From Myxococcaceae bacterium (GTDB lineage Bacteria; Myxococcota; UBA727; JABDBI01), in the NCBI GenBank assembly GCA_016000045.1, contig JAECQY010000008.1, forward strand, positions 1,562 to 65,561: a stretch of DNA of 64,000 nt, given 5' to 3'. The notes below the pieces were generated by a model. That model had not been told where the DNA came from, made no database searches, and saw nothing but the letters and a program-made list of their open reading frames with translations. The position numbers and the translations under genes are program-made. Positions within the stretch are counted from its first letter, which is position 1; the number at the start of each line of letters is the position of its first letter. Positions 10,413-20,009 of this stretch are shown piece after piece.

Positions 10413-11612
10413 TTAACGCTTTGATGCTCGCTTAGACCGCATCTTCGAGTTCGTTTTCCCAGACGAAGCAGCCTGCTTGAGGCTTTTTTCTTCCGGTTCG
10501 GAATCGCTATCCAAATCAAGAAGACGACCATCATTGGCATGAGGCTCCGAAACACTGCCCAAATCAAGAAGGCGACCATCGTTGGGATGCGCCAAGGGCT
10601 GAGCACACACAAAATCATCTGCTCGGGCATTTCGAACCGATTTGAGCTCGGATCGCAATTCCTGAATCATAATCACGAGATTTGTATAATGCTCACCATG
10701 CGTACTTTCAAAGGAGTCAATGCGATCACCCACGGTATCGATCCGATGATTGAGCCCTGCAAATTCACTGGTGTCTCGAATCCCTCTTAGACTATCGTTA
10801 ATTTCAGCCAATTCTGGGCCCAGTTCAGTCCTCAGAACGGCACGAATGGCACCGGGTCTGCTCTCTAAAGCACGGATCAAGCGATCCGCCTGAAGGGCCC
10901 CTGGCGTTGGAGCAGAAAACTGCGAAAGCGAATGCGTTCCTCGGCTATGAGGAGTAGACTCCAATGGAGAAAGGGTTGAAGCCCGAACTAGCTGATCGTG
11001 TATTCCTTGTGCCATTCCAAGCAGCCGATCTGCCTCATGAACTCCACGTTGAAGAAACGAAGGAGCCCAACGGTGTAGAAAGGAGCGCTGAAGCAGTTCT
11101 ATGTATCTGGCATACACAATCCTGATAGCTGCTAATTCCACTTCCGCCTGCTGAGCCGTCAAACCTGCACGAGTCATCGTACGAACCAAAACCCTTAAGG
11201 TCTCCAGAACAAGAGCGGGTGATTCCTCGTCTACCCGAGCGCCATTTGTTTTACGTGGCTTGCTCGGATCTTGTCCATCTCCACCATGACCTCCCGCACC
11301 TGAAAATCTATTCTGATCCGAATTAGCTACAGGAAAAGACGAAGAACCTTCAGCACTTGATTCCCCTTCTTCACGGGATCTTTTTTGGCTTGGCTTATGA
11401 GCCGATCGATCCTGAGAGCCAAACTGGTAAATCCCAGAGAATGGCTGCTGATGGCTCAATATTTTCAGCGAATCTTGCGCCAACGCCTCCAGTACCCCCA
11501 AAGCCCTGCGTGACTCCATTTTCATTTTCGGCAATTCAAACACCCCGAACCCCGAAGCCAAAACCGTCCCCTCATAGAACGCAATGCTTAAACAAAAAAA
11601 AGAAAATTTCAT
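10413..11612 (-). CDS. Secreted hypothetical protein with C-terminal tandem repeats (HPNDGRLLDLGSVSEP / HANDGRLLDLDSDSEP)
   Basis: Short N-terminal signal-like segment; roughly 48-nt direct DNA repeat at 10505-10595; Gly/Asp/Ser-rich low-complexity stretches. Confidence 0.5.
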   Translation of the reverse strand: MKFSFFCLSIAFYEGTVLASGFGVFELPKMKMESRRALGVLEALAQDSLKILSHQQPFSGIYQFGSQDRSAHKPSQKRSREEGESSAEGSSSFPVANSDQNRFSGAGGHGGDGQDPSKPRKTNGARVDEESPALVLETLRVLVRTMTRAGLTAQQAEVELAAIRIVYARYIELLQRSFLHRWAPSFLQRGVHEADRLLGMAQGIHDQLVRASTLSPLESTPHSRGTHSLSQFSAPTPGALQADRLIRALESRPGAIRAVLRTELGPELAEINDSLRGIRDTSEFAGLNHRIDTVGDRIDSFESTHGEHYTNLVIMIQELRSELKSVRNARADDFVCAQPLAHPNDGRLLDLGSVSEPHANDGRLLDLDSDSEPEEKSLKQAASSGKTNSKMRSKRASKR

Positions 11613-11618
11613 CTGTTA

Positions 11619-11969
11619 TTAATCCTTTATTTCTTCAGAAAAAAAATATTTGAGCGTGCCTGCAGCCGATCCAAAAATGGCGACGTAACCCAGGACTTGA
11701 ATCCATCGATCCCGATTCAAGAGAGGCGAGTTTACGTAGAGCATCTGATTGAGGACAGACAAGGCGACTGTCCCAAACCCGACGAGTGGAACGATCGTCT
11801 GCAAGTTACTTTGGACCACTTGAGAGGGTTCTGAAGACCACATTTTTGCTTTGCAGTAAAATTCCAAATACCAAGTTGGCTGTTCCTCACAGCTTAACAT
11901 TGATTCGTAGTGTTTATCTGCGAAAGCGCCGATAGACATCAAACCCATCAAAAAACAAATTACTTTCAT
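11619..11969 (-). CDS. Hypothetical small secreted/membrane protein
   Basis: Signal peptide MKVICFLMGLMSIGAFA and a C-terminal hydrophobic helix. Confidence 0.4.
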   Translation of the reverse strand: MKVICFLMGLMSIGAFADKHYESMLSCEEQPTWYLEFYCKAKMWSSEPSQVVQSNLQTIVPLVGFGTVALSVLNQMLYVNSPLLNRDRWIQVLGYVAIFGSAAGTLKYFFSEEIKD

Positions 11970-12107
11970 TTCAGCACCATTCTTTCAGTCCAATTTAAAT
12001 TCGATATCCACATAAAAATCATTTAATTCTTTGGGAAAAGGGCACAGCTCGGGGCTCATACTGATCACCCCACAAAACAGGCTGTGTTTAGAGAAATTCA
12101 AAAGCGC

Positions 12108-12557
12108 TTATTGGCTAAGACCAAGCCAACAAAGCCAATTCGAACAGGACAATGTTTCATTCTCGATCCAACCAAGAGCCCATAGACTGACGTGCATCTT
12201 ATTGGGAAAAACCAACAAACTTCCCATGGCAGGCCCATCGGGATGCTTTCTCCAAACTTTCTCGTCAACACCCCTCGAAAGTCGGTATCCACTTCCTTTG
12301 CTTGTCCATTTTTCAACTTCGGCGTAGAGGGCTGGGTTCGCTTTTAGGGTTTCAACATCTGTAATACCCCGTAATCGATCAGATAACTCCTCCCATGCTT
12401 CTAAAATTTCATCTCCCTGGGAGTCTTTCATCGACTGATTCTGAACGATTGCTTCGGGAAATTCGGGATCTTGAGGCCCACACCCTGCGCAAATCAAAAC
12501 TGAAATCAAAAACATTTTGTACAGTATTTGTTTACTCATAAACCGTCTTACTCTCAA
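12108..12557 (-). CDS. Putative lipoprotein/secreted protein
   Basis: Hydrophobic leader ending ..VLICAGCG. Confidence 0.4.
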   Translation of the reverse strand: MRVRRFMSKQILYKMFLISVLICAGCGPQDPEFPEAIVQNQSMKDSQGDEILEAWEELSDRLRGITDVETLKANPALYAEVEKWTSKGSGYRLSRGVDEKVWRKHPDGPAMGSLLVFPNKMHVSLWALGWIENETLSCSNWLCWLGLSQ

Positions 12558-12607
12558 AATCTGTTACTCTTGTCAATGCTTACTTTTTCATCGAAATGGC
12601 TTGAAGC

Positions 12608-12790
12608 TCAATGCTCGTGAGTTCCATGTTCATGAGAGCAGCTTTCGTCGTGTTCGTGATCGTGGTCATGATCATTTTTTTTGCTTTCTTCAACTTCACC
12701 CATGAAATTTTGAAGCGCAGGGCTCATTTGATCACCGCAAGAGCAAAGCACCAACAAAACTAAAACCAATACAAAACTTTTTTTCATCAA
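12608..12790 (-). CDS. Small secreted His/Asp-rich peptide (putative periplasmic metal-binding)
   Basis: Signal peptide then NDHDHDHEHDESCSHEHGTHEH. Confidence 0.4.
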   Translation of the reverse strand: MMKKSFVLVLVLLVLCSCGDQMSPALQNFMGEVEESKKNDHDHDHEHDESCSHEHGTHEH

Positions 12791-12843
12791 CCTTTTTTAA
12801 CGCACAGATCTTTTATTGACAAGCGCTCTCTCTTTAAAGAATT

Positions 12844-12870
12844 AAAAAAACCTCTAAAATAGAGGCTTTT
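12844..12870 (-). terminator. Rho-independent terminator for the minus-strand operon ending at 12908
   Basis: Minus-strand reading GCCTCTA-TTT-TAGAGGT followed by TTTTTTT. Confidence 0.55.
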
Positions 12871-12907
12871 AATAATTTTAAATGCAACCCGCAGGCGCTC
12901 CTAGCGA

Positions 12908-13654
12908 TCACGTTACTACAGCTTCTTTTTCGGCCAAGGCAACCAAATCCTCCGCTTGAACCCGAACCTCTTCATCGCTCGTTCCAAGCGCTTGACCGGA
13001 AGCCAAGGCCAACTCTCGACAGACCCCGAAATAACGTTTTTGCATTTCCGAAAATCGCTCTTGAGACATCTGCAACTTGCCCCGTGTCGCTGCAAGCAAT
13101 TTTTCAGCATGTTCTGCTTTACGCTGCATACGACCCATTTCTAAAGCCACCTCTTCCGGTAAGTCCTCCACAGGAACCACAATCGCATTCTCGAGATTTT
13201 TTTTACTTTTTTCAACGTTTTGCTTTCGCTGGCCGACTTGATTCTCCAACTTAGCAATTCGTTCCTGATAATGAGCTTTTAGTTTGCCTAACTCGACCTG
13301 ATGGGCTTCTTCTGCTTGTTGTTGAACGGTTTTTAAGGCTAAATCAAAAGAGGGTGTTTGTTCTTGATTATCTAGCATGCCATCGGTCTCCTCGATATCT
13401 TGTTTTCGTCCTTCTTTGCGAAGACGGCGCTTTGCGTTGTCTCGTAGTTCTTCCAATTGCTTCGTTTTTTTAACATTTTCTTCTTTCAGCAAAGCAAGCT
13501 CAGCTCGAAAGTTCGCCACTTTATCTTCCATCAACTTCTTGGTCACTCGAATGCTGCCCAATTCTGTCTGTCCATTTTTCGACCGACGATTCGCAATCAC
13601 GGCTATCATCACAAAAAAGGCTATATTTAGGCTGAGAATAATCGCTGATGTCAT
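12908..13654 (-). CDS. Membrane-anchored coiled-coil protein, translationally coupled to rne (ATGA overlap)
   Basis: N-terminal TM helix, then long K/E-rich heptad-like sequence; start codon overlaps the rne stop. Confidence 0.5.
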   Translation of the reverse strand: MTSAIILSLNIAFFVMIAVIANRRSKNGQTELGSIRVTKKLMEDKVANFRAELALLKEENVKKTKQLEELRDNAKRRLRKEGRKQDIEETDGMLDNQEQTPSFDLALKTVQQQAEEAHQVELGKLKAHYQERIAKLENQVGQRKQNVEKSKKNLENAIVVPVEDLPEEVALEMGRMQRKAEHAEKLLAATRGKLQMSQERFSEMQKRYFGVCRELALASGQALGTSDEEVRVQAEDLVALAEKEAVVT

Positions 13655-15486
13655 GAAGTCACCTCACTTTTTGGACGTCTGGATCGAGCAAAACGCCTTC
13701 GACGTCGTTTAGGCTTTGAAGCCAATTGGGTCTCATCAACGGAATCTGGCTCCTGAAATTCCATTCCCAAGGAGGCCTGCAACTCAGGCGCATGACCAAA
13801 AAATGCTTCCATTAAAGGATCTTCAAAATGCTCTTCTACGATTGGTCTCTCAAGCTCAATAGGCTCTTCTGATTCGTCCAGAGTTTCATCAAAATCAATC
13901 AGCGTAGGCGCAGGGCCGATACTCGGAGGAGGCATTCGAAGCGCATTTCGATGTGGCTTTTGAGAGACTTTAGGCTGAGTAGAGGCAGCGTCCAGCCCCG
14001 CCTGTCCCCGTCTTTCTTCTAGAAAATCGAGCTCATCACCCATCAAACGCGCATCGCCTAAAATATGGAGCTGCACCTGATAGCGCTCGCCAATATCAAC
14101 CAATTCTCGACGTTTTGAGTTATTCAACTGATTGGCCACATCGACCGGCATCTTGACCGTCAATAGACTCAGATGATGATGACGTTTTGAGAGATGCCCA
14201 TAGATATTTCGAAGAGCCAGAATGGCCAAGCCGCTCGAATCGCGAACACGACCGGTTCCTTCGCACTGCTTACAAGTGACATGGCTGATTAAACGGTGCG
14301 ATTGTCTAAGCCGTTGCCGCGTCAGCTCGAGCGTGCCATTCTCCCCGATTCGGCCAATTTTGATGCGGGCCTTATCGTTCTTCATCGCTTCTTTCAGAGC
14401 ACGCTCAACATCTCGATTGTGCTTACCTGAGATCATATCGATCAAGTCAATCACAATAATGCCGCCCAAATCGCGCAACCGAAGCTGGCGGGCCAATTCC
14501 TGCACCGCTTCTAAGTTAGTCTTATAGACCGTTGCCTCATGGTCGTCTTCTTTGGTCGATTTCCCTGAATTGACATCCACCGAAACCAAAGCTTCGGTTT
14601 GCTCAATCACAACATAGCCACCCGAAGGAAGCTTGACCTGACGCTCAAAGAGATCTTCAATCGCTTTTTCGATTCCGTAGTGAAAAAAGATCGGATCTTT
14701 CTTTTTATGCTGTTCGAGAATCTGAACTAAGCCCGGCATATGCTGAGTCAAGTAGTTGGATACTTCTTCAAACTCTTCGTCATCATCAATCACGACTTTA
14801 CTGACGTCATTGGAAAAATAGTCTCGAAGCGTCCGAACCACAATATCGGGTTCCCGGTAAAGCAAAGTCGGAGCCCGGCCCAATTCGGCTCCTCGGTTGA
14901 TCTGCTGCCAAGTCTCGCAAAGATTCTTAAAATCTCGATACAAGTCTTGACGATTCGCGGTCATTCCAGCGGTACGAATGATGACGGCCATGCCTTCTGG
15001 AACGCTCAGGCGTGTCAGCATATCTCGAGCCGCTTGACGAGCAGACTCGTTGTCAATTTTTCGTGAAATGCCGCCGCCACCCTCATCCGAATGCATCAGA
15101 ACAACATAGCGCCCCGGCAAAGACAAGTAGGTGGATAAAGCAGCCCCTTTATTGCCAATTTCATCTTTTGTGACTTGGACGACAATTTCTTGACCACGGG
15201 ACAAGATCTCGGAGGGGCGGACTTTTTTAGAATTTCTGCAAGACTCTGGAATTAAATCCGGGCGAATCTCAGAAAGAGGCAAGAAACCTTGTTTTTCATC
15301 TCCAAAATCAACAAAAACTGCTTCAAGGCTATCTTCAATGTTGGAAACGATGCCTTTGTAGATATTGCTCTTGTGTTTCGCTCTCTTTTGAGTCTCGATA
15401 TCCAGGTCTACGAGTCGACCGTTTTCCACGATCGCGATCCGGACCTCTTCCGCCATATCGGCGTTAATAATAATCTCTTTGGACAT
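13651..15486 (-). CDS. rne: Ribonuclease E/G (S1 domain, DNase I-like catalytic core, short Arg-rich C-terminal tail)
   Basis: N-terminus aligns with the E. coli RNase E catalytic domain (NIYKGIVSNIEDSLEAVFVDFG..GFLPLSEI; DIVVRTLRD; IDDD..). 611 aa. Confidence 0.85.
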   Translation of the reverse strand: MSKEIIINADMAEEVRIAIVENGRLVDLDIETQKRAKHKSNIYKGIVSNIEDSLEAVFVDFGDEKQGFLPLSEIRPDLIPESCRNSKKVRPSEILSRGQEIVVQVTKDEIGNKGAALSTYLSLPGRYVVLMHSDEGGGGISRKIDNESARQAARDMLTRLSVPEGMAVIIRTAGMTANRQDLYRDFKNLCETWQQINRGAELGRAPTLLYREPDIVVRTLRDYFSNDVSKVVIDDDEEFEEVSNYLTQHMPGLVQILEQHKKKDPIFFHYGIEKAIEDLFERQVKLPSGGYVVIEQTEALVSVDVNSGKSTKEDDHEATVYKTNLEAVQELARQLRLRDLGGIIVIDLIDMISGKHNRDVERALKEAMKNDKARIKIGRIGENGTLELTRQRLRQSHRLISHVTCKQCEGTGRVRDSSGLAILALRNIYGHLSKRHHHLSLLTVKMPVDVANQLNNSKRRELVDIGERYQVQLHILGDARLMGDELDFLEERRGQAGLDAASTQPKVSQKPHRNALRMPPPSIGPAPTLIDFDETLDESEEPIELERPIVEEHFEDPLMEAFFGHAPELQASLGMEFQEPDSVDETQLASKPKRRRRRFARSRRPKSEVTS

Positions 15487-15698
15487 TGGGCCGAAGGTAT
15501 AACATGGTGCCTACGAGTAGGCAAGGAGACTCCGAAGGGCCCTGATGGATGATATCCTCCCACCAACACCCGTTTCAAAACTCTCCTAGAAAAATGGAGT
15601 ATTTCTTGAAAGCCAAAGCCGAGGCGACCGACGAAAACAAGTCGCCACCTTTAGGGCCTCAAGCAAAAAACACACCGCTCAAAGAGCGACGCTGCGTT

Positions 15699-16220
15699 TT
15701 AGAGTCCTCTTTGACGTTTCAGTTGAGCGACCGCTCTTGGGTATTCAATTTCCCACTCAGGCGATCCTTCTCGTAAATTCTTCAAACGAGCTCGTGCTTC
15801 TTTATCGAGATCTTCTGGAATAGAAGCATATTTATCCATCGCCAAACGGATCACTTTTCGAAGTTCAGGATCATCGCCGAACACTTCTTCAATGTTCTTA
15901 GAAGCCAAAAGCGCTTCCACCAATTGAGTCAACACAAAGTCCTGAGCTTCGTCGCCTACTTTGAAATGCTTCGCGTCAGCAAGAGATTTTTTGGCCTGAG
16001 CAAAACGATCCACTCCCAAACCTCTTCGATGAATCAAATCTTTGGCTTGCTCGCTCAACCGTTCATCGGCGTCTAGGTACTCCACCATAACGGCCGCCAA
16101 GTCGAGCTCGGCTTCCTCTATTTTATCGGTCTCCACTTCAATGAAGTTCGCGGCTGATAGAGCCCGAACGCTGTCTTTAGCAATTTTTGGGATAATTTTT
16201 CGATAGAGCCGCATCCTCAC
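15699..16220 (-). CDS. Conserved hypothetical protein (acidic, helical)
   Basis: Clean 173-aa ORF upstream of rne; no recognised motif. Confidence 0.45.
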   Translation of the reverse strand: MRMRLYRKIIPKIAKDSVRALSAANFIEVETDKIEEAELDLAAVMVEYLDADERLSEQAKDLIHRRGLGVDRFAQAKKSLADAKHFKVGDEAQDFVLTQLVEALLASKNIEEVFGDDPELRKVIRLAMDKYASIPEDLDKEARARLKNLREGSPEWEIEYPRAVAQLKRQRGL

Positions 16221-16299
16221 CTACTATCGCATCAGCCAAATTTGTCAACCCAGTGTCCGGGGTTCGACGTAGGCATGGGTATTACTGCTGATTGAAATC

Positions 16300-16375
16300 T
16301 GGAGCCGACAGCCAGAATCGAACTGGCGACCTACTGTTTACGAAACAGTTGCTCTACCAACTGAGCTATGTCGGC
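16300..16375 (-). tRNA. tRNA-Thr (anticodon CGT)
   Basis: Reverse complement GCCGACATAGCTCAGTTGGTAGAGCAACTGTTTCGTAAACAGTAGGTCGCCAGTTCGATTCTGGCTGTCGGCTCCA folds as a cloverleaf; anticodon loop TTCGTAA. Confidence 0.85.
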
Positions 16376-16479
16376 TTGCAAAGCGCACAAACTAAGATTG
16401 TTCATCCAAAACGTCAAGCGGATTCAACCATGAATCGCAATTCCCATCTAAAGGATTGAAAAGGGTTTCACAGACGGCT

Positions 16480-18030
16480 TTAATGACGCGTGAAATGGAT
16501 CCGTTCGGCAACTGCAACACCATCGATGGCTGCGCTCACAATCCCACCCGCGTACCCTGCCCCTTCTGAACACGGATAAAGACCAGGCAAAGAAATACTT
16601 TCCAGGGTCACAGGATCTCGAATCACTCGAACCGGGCTTGATGTACGGGACTCAACTCCGACCAAAACAGCCTCTTCCGTCAGGTAACCAGGCATTTTTT
16701 GGTCAAAAACCAGCAAGGCTTCTCGAAGACGATCGGCAATAGGCACTCCGCTTGCATTTAACACGGAATCCAAATCCGCCGGCCGAATCCCAGGTTGGTA
16801 GCTGGTCGACGGGAGATCGGAAGAAACACGCTTTTTGACAAAGTCGGTTGCTCGTGCAGCGGGAGCACACAACCCTCCTCCTCCTGCTTCCCAAGCGGCC
16901 TGTTCCATACGGCGCTGCAATTCCAAACCACCCCAGGGACTTTCCAGCCCATGGCGCGCCCAATCGCTCGGGTGAATGGCCACCACGAAACCCGAATTGG
17001 CGTAGGGGGAATCACGCCTGGAAAGACTCATTCCATTCATCACCAAAGCACCCGCTTCCGTGGAAGCTGGAACGATCCAGCCTCCTGGGCACATGCAAAA
17101 CGAGAAAGCCCCTCGGCCATCGCTCGGAGTATAAGCAAGTCGATAAGGAGCAGCAGGTAAAATGGGATTTCCCGCATCGGATCCATATTGAATCCGATTG
17201 ATCAGGGGTTGTGGGTGCTCAATCCGAACTCCCATCGCAAAGGGTTTGGCTTCGAGATGAGCCCCTGCTCGTTGCAGGGCTTCAAACATATCTCGTGATG
17301 AGTGGCCTGTAGCAACCACGACCGACTGACCCCGATGCTCGACCCCACTTTCCAAGCGAACCCCAATCGCTCGCCCACGCTCAACGATCAGATCGCTCAC
17401 TTTCGACTCAAAATGAATGTCTACCCCAACGGACTCTAGATTCTCACGAATGGCCGTCACCACTTTAGGCAATCGATTGGAACCAATATGAGGACGAGCC
17501 TCCACAAGAATCGACTCCGGAGCACCGTGCGTCACTAAAATTTCAAGAACATCTCGAACCGAGCCGCGTTTATGAGAGCGTGTGTACAACTTACCATCGG
17601 AGTAAGTGCCGGCTCCCCCCTCGCCGAAACAATAATTGCTATCGGGATTAACAAGCCCATGCTGAGTGAGACCCTTCAGGTCTCGTCGCCTTGCTTGTAC
17701 TTTTTTGCCACGTTCGAAGATCAGCGATTTGATCCCATAACGAGCCAGAGCGTGCGCGCAGAACAAACCCGCAGGGCCTGCTCCGATAATGATCACAGGA
17801 TTTCCCTGCACCGTTCGCAGAGCAAAACGTTCGGGGTCAAACGGCATCGGCTCGCCGATGGTCAACAGCCACCGTACTCGCCGGCCTCGAGCATCCAGAC
17901 TTCGTTTTTTTACAGAAAGTGCCGGAAGTTCTTCGGGCAAACAACCAAGCTTTTCAGCCACACGATCCCAGATAAGCGGCTCATCTTGTGATTCGTGAAG
18001 TTCAAAATAGAGTTCCAGTTCCGATTTCAT
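16480..18030 (-). CDS. FAD-dependent dehydrogenase (COG2509-like NAD/FAD-utilising enzyme)
   Basis: Dinucleotide-binding motif IIIGAGPAGLFCAHAL and the family-typical segments GEGGAGTYSDGKLYTR and CPGGWIVP. Confidence 0.6.
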   Translation of the reverse strand: MKSELELYFELHESQDEPLIWDRVAEKLGCLPEELPALSVKKRSLDARGRRVRWLLTIGEPMPFDPERFALRTVQGNPVIIIGAGPAGLFCAHALARYGIKSLIFERGKKVQARRRDLKGLTQHGLVNPDSNYCFGEGGAGTYSDGKLYTRSHKRGSVRDVLEILVTHGAPESILVEARPHIGSNRLPKVVTAIRENLESVGVDIHFESKVSDLIVERGRAIGVRLESGVEHRGQSVVVATGHSSRDMFEALQRAGAHLEAKPFAMGVRIEHPQPLINRIQYGSDAGNPILPAAPYRLAYTPSDGRGAFSFCMCPGGWIVPASTEAGALVMNGMSLSRRDSPYANSGFVVAIHPSDWARHGLESPWGGLELQRRMEQAAWEAGGGGLCAPAARATDFVKKRVSSDLPSTSYQPGIRPADLDSVLNASGVPIADRLREALLVFDQKMPGYLTEEAVLVGVESRTSSPVRVIRDPVTLESISLPGLYPCSEGAGYAGGIVSAAIDGVAVAERIHFTRH

Positions 18031-18040
18031 CCAACCGCCT

Positions 18041-18745
18041 CTATTGCAAGTAACTCGCTAAAGCCTTGGCAGCCGCCGCTTCCGAAGCTTCTTTTTTGTT
18101 ATGGCCCTCGCCGATCGCCACTTCTTGATGATGGATCAAGACGCGAACTCGAAATTGAGGCTGATGAGCAGGTCCGGTGACATCTACTAATTCGTAAATG
18201 GGAGCTAATGAATGTTTGGCTTGAATCAATTCTTGAAGTTCCGTTTTAGAACTTTTGATCGGAGCATTTAATTGGTCTGGGAGAGGACCCAGAAGGTGCA
18301 TGGCCAATCGCTCAGCAGCTTCAAAATCTTGATCTAGATACGCAGCGCCAATCAGAGCTTCCACAACATCCGACAAGATAGATGCCTGCTGCACAGCTCC
18401 AGAGAGCCTCATCGCTTTCGCCACCCGCAAATAGCGACCTAAGCCAAGTCGCTCCGCGGCTTTGACCAAATTGGCCTGGCAAACATACAATGCCCGAAGC
18501 TGCGTGAGCGTACCCTCATTCGAATTGGGAAACTTTAGATAAAGATTTCGGGCTGCAATCAACCCGAGCACCGCATCGCCTAAAAATTCGAGACGCTCAT
18601 TTTGAGAGCGATCCTCCAAGAAACTTCGATGTGTCAACGCTTGCTCTAATAACCGTGCATCGCGGAAGCAAAATCCCAATCTTTGCTCAAGATCGCTCAC
18701 GCAACACCATCCGAATCGGAGAGCCTTTAAATCCAAAGGCCTCAC
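18041..18745 (-). CDS. rnc: Ribonuclease III (start may be an internal GTG near 18701)
   Basis: RNase III signature ERLEFLGDAVLGL and a C-terminal dsRBD (..GEGHNKKEASEAAAAKAL). Confidence 0.85.
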   Translation of the reverse strand: MRPLDLKALRFGWCCVSDLEQRLGFCFRDARLLEQALTHRSFLEDRSQNERLEFLGDAVLGLIAARNLYLKFPNSNEGTLTQLRALYVCQANLVKAAERLGLGRYLRVAKAMRLSGAVQQASILSDVVEALIGAAYLDQDFEAAERLAMHLLGPLPDQLNAPIKSSKTELQELIQAKHSLAPIYELVDVTGPAHQPQFRVRVLIHHQEVAIGEGHNKKEASEAAAAKALASYLQ

Positions 18746-20009
18746 GCAAGCGGTTCACCAGAAAACGCTCATAAGAAAAATGGACTCCCTCTTTGACATT
18801 CACCGAGAATAAGAAGGTCGGCGGAGCAACCGACACTTGAGTCCCATAGAAAAATTTAAGACGCCGACCCTGTACCATGGGGGGTTGATGACCTAAAACG
18901 GCTTGCTCCAACATTTTATTCACCTGCGAAGTAGGCACACGCTTCTTGTAGGTATCAGAAACTTCGATGGCCATTTCTAAAACATCAAAAATATGGCGAC
19001 CCGTTTTAGCCGAAGCAAACAGAATGGGAGCAAAGCTCAAGAACGGCATTTTATCTCGAATGTGTTCCGCAAATCGATCCGCGCTGATCTCAAGATTTCG
19101 AGAAAGGTCCCACTTGTTGACAACGATGATGCAGGCTTTGCCCTTCTTATCAACGAAAGAAGCGATTTTAAGATCTTGCTCGGTAATACCGGCTGACGCA
19201 TCAATCAAGAGCAAAGCTACATTGGCTCGATCTAAAGCCCCCAAACTCGAAGACACCGCCATCTTTTCCGAATCTTTGAAAATACTGCGCTTTCGGCGAA
19301 TGCCAGCCGTATCGATCAAACGAAAACACCTTCCCGCGTACTCAATGCTTTCATCGACCGCATCTAAGGTAGTACCCGGAACCTCTGAAACCAGCAAACG
19401 CTCTTCACCCAGCAGTTTATTCACAAAGCTCGATTTTCCAGCGTTAGGCTTTCCAATCACCGCGACTCGGACCTCATGAGAATCCTTTTCTGGTTCGAGA
19501 TACTCGCCGGACGGCCGAGGAAATAAGATTTCCAATTCTTCGAAGACAGCATCCAACCCTTGACCATGCGCGGCTGAAACAGCAAACAAGCGATCAAAAC
19601 CAAGTTGATAAAACTCAACCGAAGCGGCTTTATTCACGGCACTCTCGGCCTTATTCACCATCAGGAATACAGGCTTTCGAGTCGCACGCAGTTGTGCAGC
19701 AATCTCGAGATCGCCAGGCAACAATCCAGCTTGGGCATCGAGCACAAAAAAAATAGCATCCGAATCCGCAATGGCACTTTCCGCCTGCTGACGAATCATC
19801 TTCATGATGCTTTCGTCGGAATCCAGTTCCAATCCACCCGTATCAATCAAGAGAAACGGACGTCCATCAAACTCAGCATCCGCGTATAAACGATCCCGCG
19901 TGAGCCCAGGCTCGTCGTGAACCAAACTGGCTCGACGACCCACTAGGCGATTAAAAAGTGTACTTTTGCCGACATTCGGTCGACCGATTAGGGAAACTGT
20001 CAGTGTCAT
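18687..20009 (-). CDS. der: GTPase Der/EngA (two tandem GTP-binding domains plus KH-like domain)
   Basis: Two G1 motifs (GRPNVGKSTLFN and GKPNAGKSSFVN) and two DTGG/DTAG motifs. Confidence 0.9.
   Translation of the reverse strand: MTLTVSLIGRPNVGKSTLFNRLVGRRASLVHDEPGLTRDRLYADAEFDGRPFLLIDTGGLELDSDESIMKMIRQQAESAIADSDAIFFVLDAQAGLLPGDLEIAAQLRATRKPVFLMVNKAESAVNKAASVEFYQLGFDRLFAVSAAHGQGLDAVFEELEILFPRPSGEYLEPEKDSHEVRVAVIGKPNAGKSSFVNKLLGEERLLVSEVPGTTLDAVDESIEYAGRCFRLIDTAGIRRKRSIFKDSEKMAVSSSLGALDRANVALLLIDASAGITEQDLKIASFVDKKGKACIIVVNKWDLSRNLEISADRFAEHIRDKMPFLSFAPILFASAKTGRHIFDVLEMAIEVSDTYKKRVPTSQVNKMLEQAVLGHQPPMVQGRRLKFFYGTQVSVAPPTFLFSVNVKEGVHFSYERFLVNRLREAFGFKGSPIRMVLRERS

Noticed and set aside
16703-17201. 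ORFs 16703..17201 on both strands
   Set aside because: Embedded in or antisense to the 516-aa FAD-dependent dehydrogenase gene; no motifs.
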